From: Bacteroidales bacterium
GTDB taxonomy: Bacteria > Bacteroidota > Bacteroidia > Bacteroidales > UBA3663
DNA length: 64,000 nt
Direction: 5' to 3'
Assembly (NCBI GenBank): GCA_045600445.1
Contig: JAZRXZ010000182.1
Coordinates: forward strand, 1,659 to 65,658
Of the stretch, positions 28,234 through 38,621 are shown piece after piece. How positions within the stretch are numbered: position 1 is the first letter of the stretch; each line of letters begins with the position of its first letter. The translations under genes were made by a program, and so were the position numbers. Below the pieces are notes generated by a model. The model was not told where the DNA came from and made no database searches. It worked only from the letters and a program-made list of their open reading frames with translations.

Positions 28234-29988
28234 TTATCTCCAGCCATCATTCTGCTGAAGGTTGCTATACTTCTTGATCTCAGAATCTGGGATAGGACCA
28301 TAGACCATGTGAGACTGGAACTGACGAGGATCGACATCCATGATGCTCATGTTAGCAGCATTGATACCCTTGGCAGTAGTGTTGATATCTGCATTCCAAC
28401 GACGGAGGTCATAGAAGCGCTGGTTCTCGAAACAGAGCTCCAGACGGCGCTCGTTACGGATCAACTCACGCATCTTCTCTGTGCTTGAAGCACATTCCTC
28501 AAGGTAAGGATCGGTCACACCGACACAAATACCTGCGCGCTCTCTGATATCCTTGATGATCTCCTTGACGCTCTTACAATTGCCGATCTTAGTACCTGGG
28601 CCACTAACCTCGTTAGCTGCCTCAGCGTATGCAAGGAAGAGCTCAGTCCAACGGATACGAGCGGTATAGTGCTTCTGCTCTGTCTTTGAAGTTGGATTGA
28701 CGTTTACATCCTCACGGAGGAGCTTACGCATATAGTAACCAGTGCGGGTAGACTTACCCTGCTGACGGTCGAGGTTATCATCGGTAGCCTTATCACCAGT
28801 GTAGTTACCAGTCCAGATAGTAGCCTCCTCAACACCTGCCTGAGCACCATCAACGATGATGTACTTTTCAAGACGTGGGTCACGGCCTGCGTATGGGTTC
28901 TTTGGATCATAACCAGACTTAGGGTCTGTGATAGGATAACCATTAGCCATTGGGAAAGCATCTACGAGATTCTGGGTAGGGTTGGTACGACCATTACCGT
29001 AGATTGAAGGAGGATAGTTATCAGACTCGAGAGTGTTGCTGTTACCTGGATTGGACATCCAGATAGCCTCAGGAGTATTCTGAGTACGCTTTACGTCATC
29101 GATCTCAGCCTTGTTAGCATACCAGGTGTTACCACCCTCTACCACCTTCTTATTACCGATAACAGCAGCAGCAGCCTCTGCAGCCTCCTGCCAGCTTGAA
29201 ACACCGTAAGCAGGGCTGGCTGCGAAGAGAAGCACCTGAGCCTTGACAGCCTTGAGGATCTGACCACAAACCTTACCATGGTGATGATCACCAAAAGCAC
29301 GATTGTAACCACCCATATCAGCACCGATGGCCTGATACTTGGCAGGGATCTGGCTCTTATCTGCAATAGTAGCGTAATTCTCAGGAAGGATATCGATAGC
29401 CTTGTTGAGATCAGCAAGAATGCTGTCGATACACTCCTTGAATGGAAGACGAGCGAGATTCAGATCAGAAGCACCAGTCTGATACTCGTTGAAGAATGGA
29501 ACACCCATGAGCTCACCATTTACCTTGCCGGCATGAGCACGGAGGAGGTAGAAGCGCTGGATAGCACGCATGCCGAGTGCATCACCACGCATAAGGTCAA
29601 TGAACATCTGGTTGATAGGGCCATCACCGGACCACTTTACCTTCTCGACGTTCTCAAGCATGATGTTACAATACTGGATGGCATTGTTACGAGCCTGCCA
29701 CTGTGACATAGGGTCATTGATAGCACTCCATGAACCAGCAGCCATCTGACGATAGGTGTTGCCGTTCTCGTTTGAGACAGCATCATCGGTTGTCAGGTCG
29801 CTATGAGGGGTGCCATCGTATGGCATGAGGATGTAAGCATTGCCCAGAAGACCAGAAGCGAAAAGAGGGTCATTGTACATCACCTCGATATCGCTGATCA
29901 TCTCATTGGCTGGTTCGAACACATCATCGCAAGAAGCCATGACAGCGCCAGCACAAAGAATTGGCAGAATATATTTATATGTTTTCAT
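28234..29988 (-). CDS. susD: RagB/SusD family lipoprotein
   Basis: Lipobox MASC; PTQNLVDAF, RDPRL, R..ELFLAYAEA, ERRLELCFE..RFYDLRRW and QNDGW. The ATG at 29988 is preferred over the track's TTG at 29997. Confidence 0.92.
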   Translation of the reverse strand: MKTYKYILPILCAGAVMASCDDVFEPANEMISDIEVMYNDPLFASGLLGNAYILMPYDGTPHSDLTTDDAVSNENGNTYRQMAAGSWSAINDPMSQWQARNNAIQYCNIMLENVEKVKWSGDGPINQMFIDLMRGDALGMRAIQRFYLLRAHAGKVNGELMGVPFFNEYQTGASDLNLARLPFKECIDSILADLNKAIDILPENYATIADKSQIPAKYQAIGADMGGYNRAFGDHHHGKVCGQILKAVKAQVLLFAASPAYGVSSWQEAAEAAAAVIGNKKVVEGGNTWYANKAEIDDVKRTQNTPEAIWMSNPGNSNTLESDNYPPSIYGNGRTNPTQNLVDAFPMANGYPITDPKSGYDPKNPYAGRDPRLEKYIIVDGAQAGVEEATIWTGNYTGDKATDDNLDRQQGKSTRTGYYMRKLLREDVNVNPTSKTEQKHYTARIRWTELFLAYAEAANEVSGPGTKIGNCKSVKEIIKDIRERAGICVGVTDPYLEECASSTEKMRELIRNERRLELCFENQRFYDLRRWNADINTTAKGINAANMSIMDVDPRQFQSHMVYGPIPDSEIKKYSNLQQNDGWR

Positions 29989-30015
29989 TTGAGTCAAAAC
30001 TTTTTACTTTTTAAC

Positions 30016-32859
30016 TTAGAATGTCACTGTCATACCACCCTGGAAGAAGCGAGACTGTGGAGCTGAACCGACGTTAAGCTCGAGAAGCTCCTTCTCTGGT
30101 GCGAAGGTGAATACATTGTTAGCATTGACGAAGAGTGAAACACCAGATACGACGCGCTGGCTCTGGAACCAAGAGCTTGGGCAGTCATAAGTCAACTGAA
30201 TCTTGGCAATGTCAAAACGATCGGTCTTGTAGAGCCAGAAGTCAGAAGCGCGGTAATTGTTGTCACCAGCGTCCTTAGAGATACGTGGATAAAGTGGATG
30301 TGAAGCAACTCCCCAAGTGTCGCGTGCATAAACACTATACTTGTTCTCACCTGCGAACTTGAAGTAGGTACCCTTATCGAGCTTGCTTGCCTGACCACCC
30401 CAGCCGCCTACACCGAGGACGAAGAGAGTGAAGTTCTTATACTTAGCAGTAAGGTTTACACCGAGTGTCATAGGAGCACCATACCAACCGCCACGGCCGA
30501 GATCGACCTCGTCCTTGCCGTTGATAACGCCATCACCGTTCTGATCCTTATACTTGAGATCACCTGCGCGAACTGCACCGAGCTCAGAAGTCTTGCCATA
30601 AGCCTCTGCCTCTTCATCAGAACCGATAAAGCCAAGACACTCAAGACCCCAGATAGTGTCGAGACGCTTACCCTGACGGTAGCGATAGGTATCATCACCG
30701 TAAGCGGTATCCTCACGACGAGTAGCCTCAGTATCATACCAGGTAAGGTTAGCACCGAGACCCAGCTCTACCTCACCGAACTTCTTGTCGTAGTTAGCAC
30801 CAATCTCGAAACCATAACGCTTGTCATTGTTATAGTTGATGATAGGGTTGAATATAGAAGGATTATTAGCATTGCCATAAATATTAAGACTAAAATAGTT
30901 AGGCATAATGCTGGTTGGCTCAATAGGCTTACCTTCGATAGAGTTGGTAAAGAAAGAAGCATTGAGCTTCAAGCTCTTCTGGAGAAGAGAAGCACGGAGG
31001 CTTGCGCTATACTCAATACGCTTTACGAAGCCGAGATCCAAATTCTGACCACGACGTGACTGAGTAGACTCACGACCATCTGATCCACCCCAGTCCCACC
31101 AAACACCATCGGCCTGGTTGAAGTTACCGGCATAGAGGTAGAACTCACGGCGGCTATCGCCTGAACCGATATAGAGGTCGAGATCCTGATTGATCTGGCT
31201 GTGGCTGGCACTGATGGTCAAGTCATCGAAGATACCATCCTCCATAAATGCCTCCTTAGCGATGTTGTAGCCCAAAGTGACTGAGTAGTTGAGTGCATTG
31301 CGATGACCCTCAGCAAGCTTAGCAGTGTGAACGAGAGCTGTACCCAACTGTGCATAGTACTTATGTGCATAGTTGTAATCAATGCTCAAGCCCATGTTAG
31401 CATTGGCAGTAGAGTGGTAAACACCAGACTTGGTCTGCTGGAAACCATTAGCAAGCAACATAGCGAATACGTTGTGATTGCCGAATGAGCGGTCATAGTC
31501 AAAGTGTGCATTGAATGCGATGGTCTGGCTGGTGCTTGAACCACCGGTGGTCTGGTTACCAGTGTGCTCATCCTTACCAAGCTGAGTAAGGCCAGTGATC
31601 TGAGGAGCACCATTGAAGGCTGACCAGTCTGCAGTATAGGTAGAATAGTTATCTTCCATCCAAACCTGATAGATGTTTGCATAGTCTACACCGATCATGG
31701 TCTTGAATGAGAGACCCTTGGTAACGCGCTCGAGGTCGAGGTTGATACCAGCGGTGAACTGGAAGTTACGGTTGTAGTAGTGGTTGATACCCTTGCGATA
31801 GATATCAGCTACAAAGTTGGTCTCGTTGGTACCTGCCTTTGCACCGAGGAGCATGCCATTGACGAGCTGAGCATTCTGGAGGACATCCATAGCACCGCTG
31901 GCATACTCACTGACTGCAGTAGGATCGATGAAGAGGTGGAAACGGTTAGGAAGCATCTCTGCCTGACCTGACCAGAAATTGGTACCACGAGTGCTACGAC
32001 CCGTGTAGAAAGTCGCATTAGCATCAACGTAAGCAGAAACCCAATCAGCCAGGTTCATATCTACATTACCACGCACATTGAGACGGTCGTTGTAGTTGCG
32101 CTTAGCATTACCGAAGTTAACGAACTCACTGCCACCGTCAGAACCATTGCGAGAATAACCGATGTTGCTGTAGTAGCGAGCGCGCTCACCACCACCCTTG
32201 ATCTCTGCAACAACCTCCCAACGGTTGAAAGCCTTCTTAATGAAATCTTTAGAAAGGAAGTCATTGTTAGCGGTATACTCTCCCCAAGGCTGATCGCCAG
32301 CATAAGCACCGTAGATGTCATTCTCTGAGTACTTAGGATCGACTGTATTATAGAGAGTCATGTACTCTGCAGAACCGAGGTACTTAGGAAGAGCCTTGAT
32401 GGTGTTCCAACCAGTGTTAGCGTGTACATCAATCTGGATGTCACCCTGCTTACCACGCTTGGTGGTGATGAGGATAGCACCATTAGCAGCGCGACTACCG
32501 TAAAGGATCACAGCATTAGCGCCCTTCATGAAAGTAACAGTAGCAATCTCCTCTGGCTTTACGCTACCTGCCTCGCGAGGTACACCATCGACGAGTACGA
32601 GATAGTCAGACATACCCCAAAGAGAGGCTCCGTTGAAACCGCTGGTATAACCCTGCATGTTTGAGAGGCTGTTGGTCTCGTTGTTCTTTGCAGCAATCTC
32701 CTCATAGTTGATTGATGAGATACCACCCAACACATCCTCAGCAGCTACCGTGCGGAATGCTACATTGACCTGCTCACTCTTAGTCTCTTCCTGGCCGACA
32801 GCGACGGTAGAGATGAGTGCTGCAGGAAGCAGCATATATTTGATATATTGTGTATTCAT
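30016..32859 (-). CDS. susC: SusC/RagA TonB-dependent transporter (short N-terminus)
   Basis: LVLVDGVPR, A.ILYGSRAANGAILITTKRG, GDLKYKDQNGDGVI and a C-terminal Phe. Confidence 0.9.
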   Translation of the reverse strand: MNTQYIKYMLLPAALISTVAVGQEETKSEQVNVAFRTVAAEDVLGGISSINYEEIAAKNNETNSLSNMQGYTSGFNGASLWGMSDYLVLVDGVPREAGSVKPEEIATVTFMKGANAVILYGSRAANGAILITTKRGKQGDIQIDVHANTGWNTIKALPKYLGSAEYMTLYNTVDPKYSENDIYGAYAGDQPWGEYTANNDFLSKDFIKKAFNRWEVVAEIKGGGERARYYSNIGYSRNGSDGGSEFVNFGNAKRNYNDRLNVRGNVDMNLADWVSAYVDANATFYTGRSTRGTNFWSGQAEMLPNRFHLFIDPTAVSEYASGAMDVLQNAQLVNGMLLGAKAGTNETNFVADIYRKGINHYYNRNFQFTAGINLDLERVTKGLSFKTMIGVDYANIYQVWMEDNYSTYTADWSAFNGAPQITGLTQLGKDEHTGNQTTGGSSTSQTIAFNAHFDYDRSFGNHNVFAMLLANGFQQTKSGVYHSTANANMGLSIDYNYAHKYYAQLGTALVHTAKLAEGHRNALNYSVTLGYNIAKEAFMEDGIFDDLTISASHSQINQDLDLYIGSGDSRREFYLYAGNFNQADGVWWDWGGSDGRESTQSRRGQNLDLGFVKRIEYSASLRASLLQKSLKLNASFFTNSIEGKPIEPTSIMPNYFSLNIYGNANNPSIFNPIINYNNDKRYGFEIGANYDKKFGEVELGLGANLTWYDTEATRREDTAYGDDTYRYRQGKRLDTIWGLECLGFIGSDEEAEAYGKTSELGAVRAGDLKYKDQNGDGVINGKDEVDLGRGGWYGAPMTLGVNLTAKYKNFTLFVLGVGGWGGQASKLDKGTYFKFAGENKYSVYARDTWGVASHPLYPRISKDAGDNNYRASDFWLYKTDRFDIAKIQLTYDCPSSWFQSQRVVSGVSLFVNANNVFTFAPEKELLELNVGSAPQSRFFQGGMTVTF

Positions 32860-32902
32860 TGTTTTTCTTTGAATAAAGTAATTTATACTTCGAGTAGCTT
32901 AA

Positions 32903-34939
32903 TTACCAACCTGGGTTCTGGTTGAACTCTGGATAGAGATAAACATCCTTGTTAGGAAGTGGGAACCAGTAGTGCTTGGTACCGAGGAGACGATCACAGA
33001 TCAACTTCTCGCTCCAGCCAGAAACCTCACCATCACGTGGGTCATTCTCGCGATACCATGCATTCTCAACGACAATGCCATTCTCATTGGTCTCATTCGC
33101 CTTAACGCGCTTGAACTCCTGAGAAGTCTTCTTGTTGAAACGAGAGTCGGTAAGGAGAAGCCAGCGCTGAAGATCATTCCAACGGAAGCCCTCGAATGCG
33201 AGCTCGCAAGCACGCTCACGACGAATCTCATCCATCAGCTTGTGGTAGTTACCAGCATAACCTTCGTCAACATGACCAGCACCTACACGATCGCGAAGTA
33301 CATTGATTGCATCAACAGCCGATCCTGAGCTACCCCACTTACTACCCTTATAGGTGATAGTTCCATTACCCTGCTTAGCTGCAACGGTAGCCTCTGCATA
33401 CATAAGGTAAATATCTGCAAGACGGAGGTAAGGAAGATAGCACTCGAGAGCACCTGCCCAGTCATACATCTTGTCAAACTTGTTAGCAGACTTAGAAACA
33501 AGTTTCTGGCAGAAGTAACCACTACGGCTGCCAAGCTCAGCATTACGGAGCGCAGAACCAGTCTGGAAGTCAGCATACTGCTGTGCGCGCTCTGCTTCCT
33601 TCTCTCCGATCTCGGTGGCAGCTACGCGCATGCCATCGAATACGATATCGTGATAGAAGCGAGGATCACGATCCTTGAATGGATGAGTTGGATCGAAACC
33701 TGAATTAGGGTCGGTGATAGGAAGACCGTTAGCCATACCGTAAGCGTAGTTTACATAGTTAGCAGTTGGCATGTGGATGATCTTATCGTGCTCAACGAAA
33801 CCATCGATCTTAGAACCCCAAAGCTTAGAAAAGTTCCAGTTAGAACCATTGACATCAGGCTGAGGACCACGGAAGATAGCCTCAACAGAACCTGGCTGCT
33901 TCCAGCCCTGGCCTGTGGTATAGAAGATGTCGGTAAAACTATTGGTAACACCAGCAGCCTTAATGTGGTTGTAGACATCCTCATAATCATAAGAGCAGAG
34001 ATCGTATGGAGTCTTACCTCCCTCAACCTCGTTGAGAGCAGTACCTAAGCACTCAGCAGCCTCCTGTGCGAGAGCTGTGTTGTACTTATAAGTCATGTCG
34101 CCAGCGTTCATCACACCCTGATCGTTGTTCTCCATCAATGGAGAAGCAGCCCAGAGGAGGCACTTGCCTGCATAAGCAAGAGCTGCAGTACGGGTAACAC
34201 GGATCTGGTTATGACCAGAAGTCTTCTTACCAGGGCCTGACTTATCCCAGTCAAGTGGCAACAGCGAAGCAGCCTTTTTGAAGTCATCAGCAGCCTTGCG
34301 TGCACACTCCTGATAAGAGAGACGTGGGAACTTCATCTCCTCACCGCTGTCAAGCACCTTATCAATATATGGCATACCACCAAAGTACATCATTACCTCA
34401 TTGTGCCACCAAGCACGGAAGAAGTAAAGCTGACCGAGAAGGATGTTCTGCTCCTCCTTTGAACCGACGAAGAGACCGTCCTCCTCGATAGCCTTGATGC
34501 CATAGTTACACTTACGGATGCAATACCATGAGTGTCCATAGATACGATGTGAGAACTTATCACCAGAAGTAGTGCTAAGACCACCAACGGCTTCTACGCC
34601 GCCGTCATTCTTGCCGAGATAGTTCTGTGAATCAGTCATCCAGTGACGGTAGTTGCCGAGGTCCATCTGGTGGCTCAAGTGAGTATTACCAGCACCGTCG
34701 TTCATAATCTCATCCTCACCCCAGTTGAAGGTAGTACACCAGAAGCAACTCTCCTTCTCAGGGATACAGTTATACATCTCCTCGATGAAACCCTGGAAGT
34801 TGGTGAAGTTCTGGAAAGCGACGGTCTCAGATACCTCGATAGACGGATCGCGGTCCAGGTAATCGGTGCAGGATGTTGCGCTCATGGCCAGAACGGCGCT
34901 GAGTGACAAGCCTGCTATATTATATATAATGTGTTTCAT
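32903..34939 (-). CDS. susD: RagB/SusD family lipoprotein
   Basis: Lipobox ATSC; RDPRF, RLADIYLMYAEA, ERACELAFEGFRWNDLQRW and QNPGW. Confidence 0.92.
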   Translation of the reverse strand: MKHIIYNIAGLSLSAVLAMSATSCTDYLDRDPSIEVSETVAFQNFTNFQGFIEEMYNCIPEKESCFWCTTFNWGEDEIMNDGAGNTHLSHQMDLGNYRHWMTDSQNYLGKNDGGVEAVGGLSTTSGDKFSHRIYGHSWYCIRKCNYGIKAIEEDGLFVGSKEEQNILLGQLYFFRAWWHNEVMMYFGGMPYIDKVLDSGEEMKFPRLSYQECARKAADDFKKAASLLPLDWDKSGPGKKTSGHNQIRVTRTAALAYAGKCLLWAASPLMENNDQGVMNAGDMTYKYNTALAQEAAECLGTALNEVEGGKTPYDLCSYDYEDVYNHIKAAGVTNSFTDIFYTTGQGWKQPGSVEAIFRGPQPDVNGSNWNFSKLWGSKIDGFVEHDKIIHMPTANYVNYAYGMANGLPITDPNSGFDPTHPFKDRDPRFYHDIVFDGMRVAATEIGEKEAERAQQYADFQTGSALRNAELGSRSGYFCQKLVSKSANKFDKMYDWAGALECYLPYLRLADIYLMYAEATVAAKQGNGTITYKGSKWGSSGSAVDAINVLRDRVGAGHVDEGYAGNYHKLMDEIRRERACELAFEGFRWNDLQRWLLLTDSRFNKKTSQEFKRVKANETNENGIVVENAWYRENDPRDGEVSGWSEKLICDRLLGTKHYWFPLPNKDVYLYPEFNQNPGW

Positions 34940-34991
34940 ATTTTTTATCGTTTTCTTCTAAGTTATCGTTGTAATACTTGTTTTCGTTAGC

Positions 34992-37900
34992 TTAGAGCGA
35001 GAACTTAAGACCGAAGTTAATACGCTTAACGGTAGGATAAGCTGAGGTCTGTGCGCCATTGGCCTCGCGGTCATCTGGCATGTTGGTGTACATCCAGAGG
35101 TTGTTTGCACTGACGAAGAGACGGAGATTGGTCAAACCGATCTTCTTGACCCAACCCTTATTCCAGGTGTAAGCCATCTCAACGTTCTTCAAACGGATGT
35201 ATGAACCATCATAGTTCATCTGTGTGCCATAGTAGTAGCTTGGGGTTGAGTTGTAACGTGGGGTTACAACATCAGCACTGCTACCCTCCTGGCTCCACCA
35301 AGAACCCTGGTCGAATACAGCGTTCAACTTGTCACCGAATGAACCAAGACCTACATAACGGTTAACGTTGGTTACACCATAGAACTGAACGAAGCAGCTA
35401 AAGCCCTTCCATTCATAACCAATGGTAGCATTGTAGGTATTCTCAGGAGTACCGGTATAGCCATAAGGAGCAGCATCATTCTGGTCAACTACACCATCAC
35501 CATTGAAGTCAACGATATAGTAGTCACCGACAAGCTTCTGTCCGTCACTTGAGTCATGCTTTGGAGAACCATAGAGCTCATCAACTGTGTTAATGAAACC
35601 ATTGTTGATATGGCTGGTTGGCTGACCGATGGCATAGCTCTGTGACTTCTGATAGTTAGGAAGCAATGGCTTATCATCCTTCTGGATAACCTTATTCTCT
35701 GCATGAGTCATGCTCATGTTAGCCCAAACGCGATGACCGCCCTGGAAGGTCTTGTTGAGACGAAGCTCGATCTCATAACCATTGGTCTTAACCTTACCAA
35801 GGTTAGCGGTAGGAGCACCTGTACCGAAATAGCTTGGGATAGCACGATCATTAGCACCTACGATGACGTCAGAACGGGTATCCTTAAAGATATCGACAGC
35901 ACCAGCTACCATACCGTTGAGGAATGAGTAGTCTACACCGAAGTTATGCTTGCGGACAACCTCCCAGTGGATATCAGGATTACCAAGTGAAGCCTCACGG
36001 TACCACTGGTAAACAGAATTACCCTGGTTGACATCGAGCTTGGAAGTACCACCGTATTCCCAGCTGTTCATAAAGAGCCAGCGACCAGCGACATTATCAT
36101 CACCGATCTCACCGTAAGAATAACGGAGCTTCAAGAAATCAAATACATGGTTATCGCCCCACTTGAGATCCTTTACAGCCTTCATGAATGGCTCGTTGGT
36201 GATAGTCCAACCGATAGCGCCTGACTGGAAGAAACCGAAACGATACTTACTTGCGAACTTCTCAGAACCGTTGTAAGCGCCATTATACTCAGCATTGTAA
36301 CGGTCTGCATAGTTATAGGTTGCACGGAATGCCCAGCTCTCTCGGAATGAGGTAGGGTTAGAACCGGTGGTATACTCCGAACGGTTGAAGAGGCCCATGG
36401 CGCTGAGATCATGCTTGCCGAACTTGCGGTTCCAGTTGAGCTGGAGCTGATAGTAGAGGTTACGTGTGGTAGCCCAGTCCTGTACAGAACCGTTGCTGAT
36501 GCTCCAGTGACGACCCTCTGAGAAGTCGAACTGCTGGTTAGGATCACGGTCCTGAGTGTGCTGATAGAGACCAGTCTCAGGGTCTACCCATGTGCGCTGC
36601 GCGTTATTATAAAGGTCATTGATACCACGATTCTTCTCCTGGAAGCGGTTATCCCATGCCACATTACCACGGAATGAGAGACCTGGGGTAATGAACTTGA
36701 GATCCTGCTCAAGGGTGAAGTTGGTATTGATAGTAGAGTTGGTGGTCTTATTAGTACCTGCCAAGGTGAACTTCTCAACTGAGTTGGTTACGTTCGAAAC
36801 CAATGGATAGTAACCATAAGAGCCATCAGAGTAACGTGGAAGGAATACGTCTGGAGCAAGGTTGAATGCACCAGCAAACTGCTGAGAAACCTGCCAATCA
36901 TCCAAGTTAGCATTCTCATAAGTAGCCTCGGTGATACCGGTAGAACCAGAGAGGTCGACCTTGAGGACGGTAGTGTTGGTGATATGGAAGTCGAGGTTAG
37001 AGCGGACGTTGATACGGTTGTAACCATACTTAGGAGTATAGCCACGACCGCTGTCGAATGTCTCGAAAAGGTCACCCTCATTTACATAGTCAACAGCAGC
37101 GAAGTAACGTACGTGCTTGGTACCACCGCTGACGTTGATAGCAGCATTGTATGACATACAGTAGTCCTTGAAAAGGAGCTTCTGCCAGTCAACATTAGGA
37201 TAACGCTCCTTCTGCTCCTGAGTGGTCTGGTTGCGGAAGTTCTCAATGAAGCTCATTGGACGGTAGTTCTCCCATGAACCAGGGTTGAGGTTCATCTCGT
37301 GCTCAAGTGCGATGTTACGCATCATATAAGCATCGTAAGAGTCAGCCTTGCCAGGGAGAGCCGAAGGAACCTTCATGATGGCGTTGGCGCTGACGTTGAT
37401 CGAAGGACGACCCTCCTGACCACGCTTGGTGGTAATCAAGATGACACCGTTAGCACCACGTACACCGTAGACTGCAGTTGCAGATGCGTCCTTCAATACA
37501 GAGATGTTCTCGACAGAACCCATATCTACAGAAGACATAGGACGCTCGATACCATCGACGAGCACGAGAGGCTCGCTGTTGTTCCAAGAAGAAGAACCAC
37601 GGATGACGATCTTTGGATCCTCCTCACCAGGAACGGCTGAAGAAGTCATGGTTACAACACCAGGGAGGTTACCAGTCAAAGCGGCACCGACGCTGGTGAT
37701 ACCAGCTGCACGCTCGAGGGTCTTACCTGAAGCCTGGGTAATAGCACCTACGACAGATGCTTTTTTCTGCTGGCCGTAACCTACTACGATTACTTCTTCC
37801 AGCTGCTCGTTATCCTCATCGAGGATGATACGGAGGTTCTTGCCATTGCCAGTGACCTCCACTGTCTTCATACCCACGTAAGAAACCACGAGGGTAGATT

Positions 37901-38123
37901 TTGCACTTGGCACCTTCAAGGTGAAGTTACCATCCAGGTCGGTTGTGGTACCCACAGTCTTGTCGGTCTTGAGTACAACCGTTGCTCCAATGATACTCTC
38001 GCCCTGAGAGTCCACTACAACACCCTTGATGATGCTGTCCTGTGCCCACGCCGTAGCGCAGAAACACCAAACCGCAATCAACAAAGCGAGGAGCCTTTGT
38101 CCTTTCTGCATTGTTTTTTTCAT
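34992..38123 (-). CDS. susC: SusC/RagA TonB-dependent transporter
   Basis: N-terminal carboxypeptidase-regulatory-like domain, EVIVVGYG, LKDASATAVYGVRGANGVILITTKRG, YNGSEKF and GNPDIHWE. Confidence 0.95.
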   Translation of the reverse strand: MKKTMQKGQRLLALLIAVWCFCATAWAQDSIIKGVVVDSQGESIIGATVVLKTDKTVGTTTDLDGNFTLKVPSAKSTLVVSYVGMKTVEVTGNGKNLRIILDEDNEQLEEVIVVGYGQQKKASVVGAITQASGKTLERAAGITSVGAALTGNLPGVVTMTSSAVPGEEDPKIVIRGSSSWNNSEPLVLVDGIERPMSSVDMGSVENISVLKDASATAVYGVRGANGVILITTKRGQEGRPSINVSANAIMKVPSALPGKADSYDAYMMRNIALEHEMNLNPGSWENYRPMSFIENFRNQTTQEQKERYPNVDWQKLLFKDYCMSYNAAINVSGGTKHVRYFAAVDYVNEGDLFETFDSGRGYTPKYGYNRINVRSNLDFHITNTTVLKVDLSGSTGITEATYENANLDDWQVSQQFAGAFNLAPDVFLPRYSDGSYGYYPLVSNVTNSVEKFTLAGTNKTTNSTINTNFTLEQDLKFITPGLSFRGNVAWDNRFQEKNRGINDLYNNAQRTWVDPETGLYQHTQDRDPNQQFDFSEGRHWSISNGSVQDWATTRNLYYQLQLNWNRKFGKHDLSAMGLFNRSEYTTGSNPTSFRESWAFRATYNYADRYNAEYNGAYNGSEKFASKYRFGFFQSGAIGWTITNEPFMKAVKDLKWGDNHVFDFLKLRYSYGEIGDDNVAGRWLFMNSWEYGGTSKLDVNQGNSVYQWYREASLGNPDIHWEVVRKHNFGVDYSFLNGMVAGAVDIFKDTRSDVIVGANDRAIPSYFGTGAPTANLGKVKTNGYEIELRLNKTFQGGHRVWANMSMTHAENKVIQKDDKPLLPNYQKSQSYAIGQPTSHINNGFINTVDELYGSPKHDSSDGQKLVGDYYIVDFNGDGVVDQNDAAPYGYTGTPENTYNATIGYEWKGFSCFVQFYGVTNVNRYVGLGSFGDKLNAVFDQGSWWSQEGSSADVVTPRYNSTPSYYYGTQMNYDGSYIRLKNVEMAYTWNKGWVKKIGLTNLRLFVSANNLWMYTNMPDDREANGAQTSAYPTVKRINFGLKFSL

Positions 38124-38376
38124 TGTGAATTAGTTTTTATAATAGATAATTGTTTTGTGATTTCTATTGCGAAGTGCATTACCAGACATCTCGTCTCTAT
38201 CTGTGTTTTCGTTTTTGCAAACCGTCGGATCTGAATTTATCCAAAAAGTGGATTATAGAAATCCGACGGCCTGCTCAACGGATGACAAATAAAGGTCATC
38301 AAAATTAAGGAAAATATTGTGTTAGGTAATGTGAATCTAATAGTGTTTTGTATCACGTGTTATTAAAATAACGGGG

Positions 38377-38408
38377 CAAAGATACTAATTTTTGACAAAA
38401 AAAGCAAA
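38377..38408 (-). promoter_or_regulatory. Promoter of the susC operon
   Basis: Minus-strand TAtcTTTG (38377-38384) and TTTG (38405-38408), 20-bp spacer. Confidence 0.7.
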
Positions 38409-38415
38409 TTTTTCA

Positions 38416-38484
38416 CGTTGCAGACATCAAAGAAATTGTTACTTTTATAATATTATTTGTTACAATTATCTATCCAAATGTTAC
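38416..38484. promoter_or_regulatory. Phased direct repeats, candidate HTCS activator site
   Basis: TGTTAC at 38437, 38458 and 38479 (21-bp period) plus a degenerate CGTTGC at 38416, immediately upstream of the -33 element. Confidence 0.6.
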
Positions 38485-38621
38485 ACGGCTTGATTTTCAG
38501 CACTTTCCAAATTGGTTAATTTTTTCTTTTTTTGGCAAAAAATAAGCAAAAGAAAGCGTTGTTTTGCGACTTATCAACACTTTCTTTTGCCGATTAATTA
38601 TAAAATATGACCGATTAGAGT

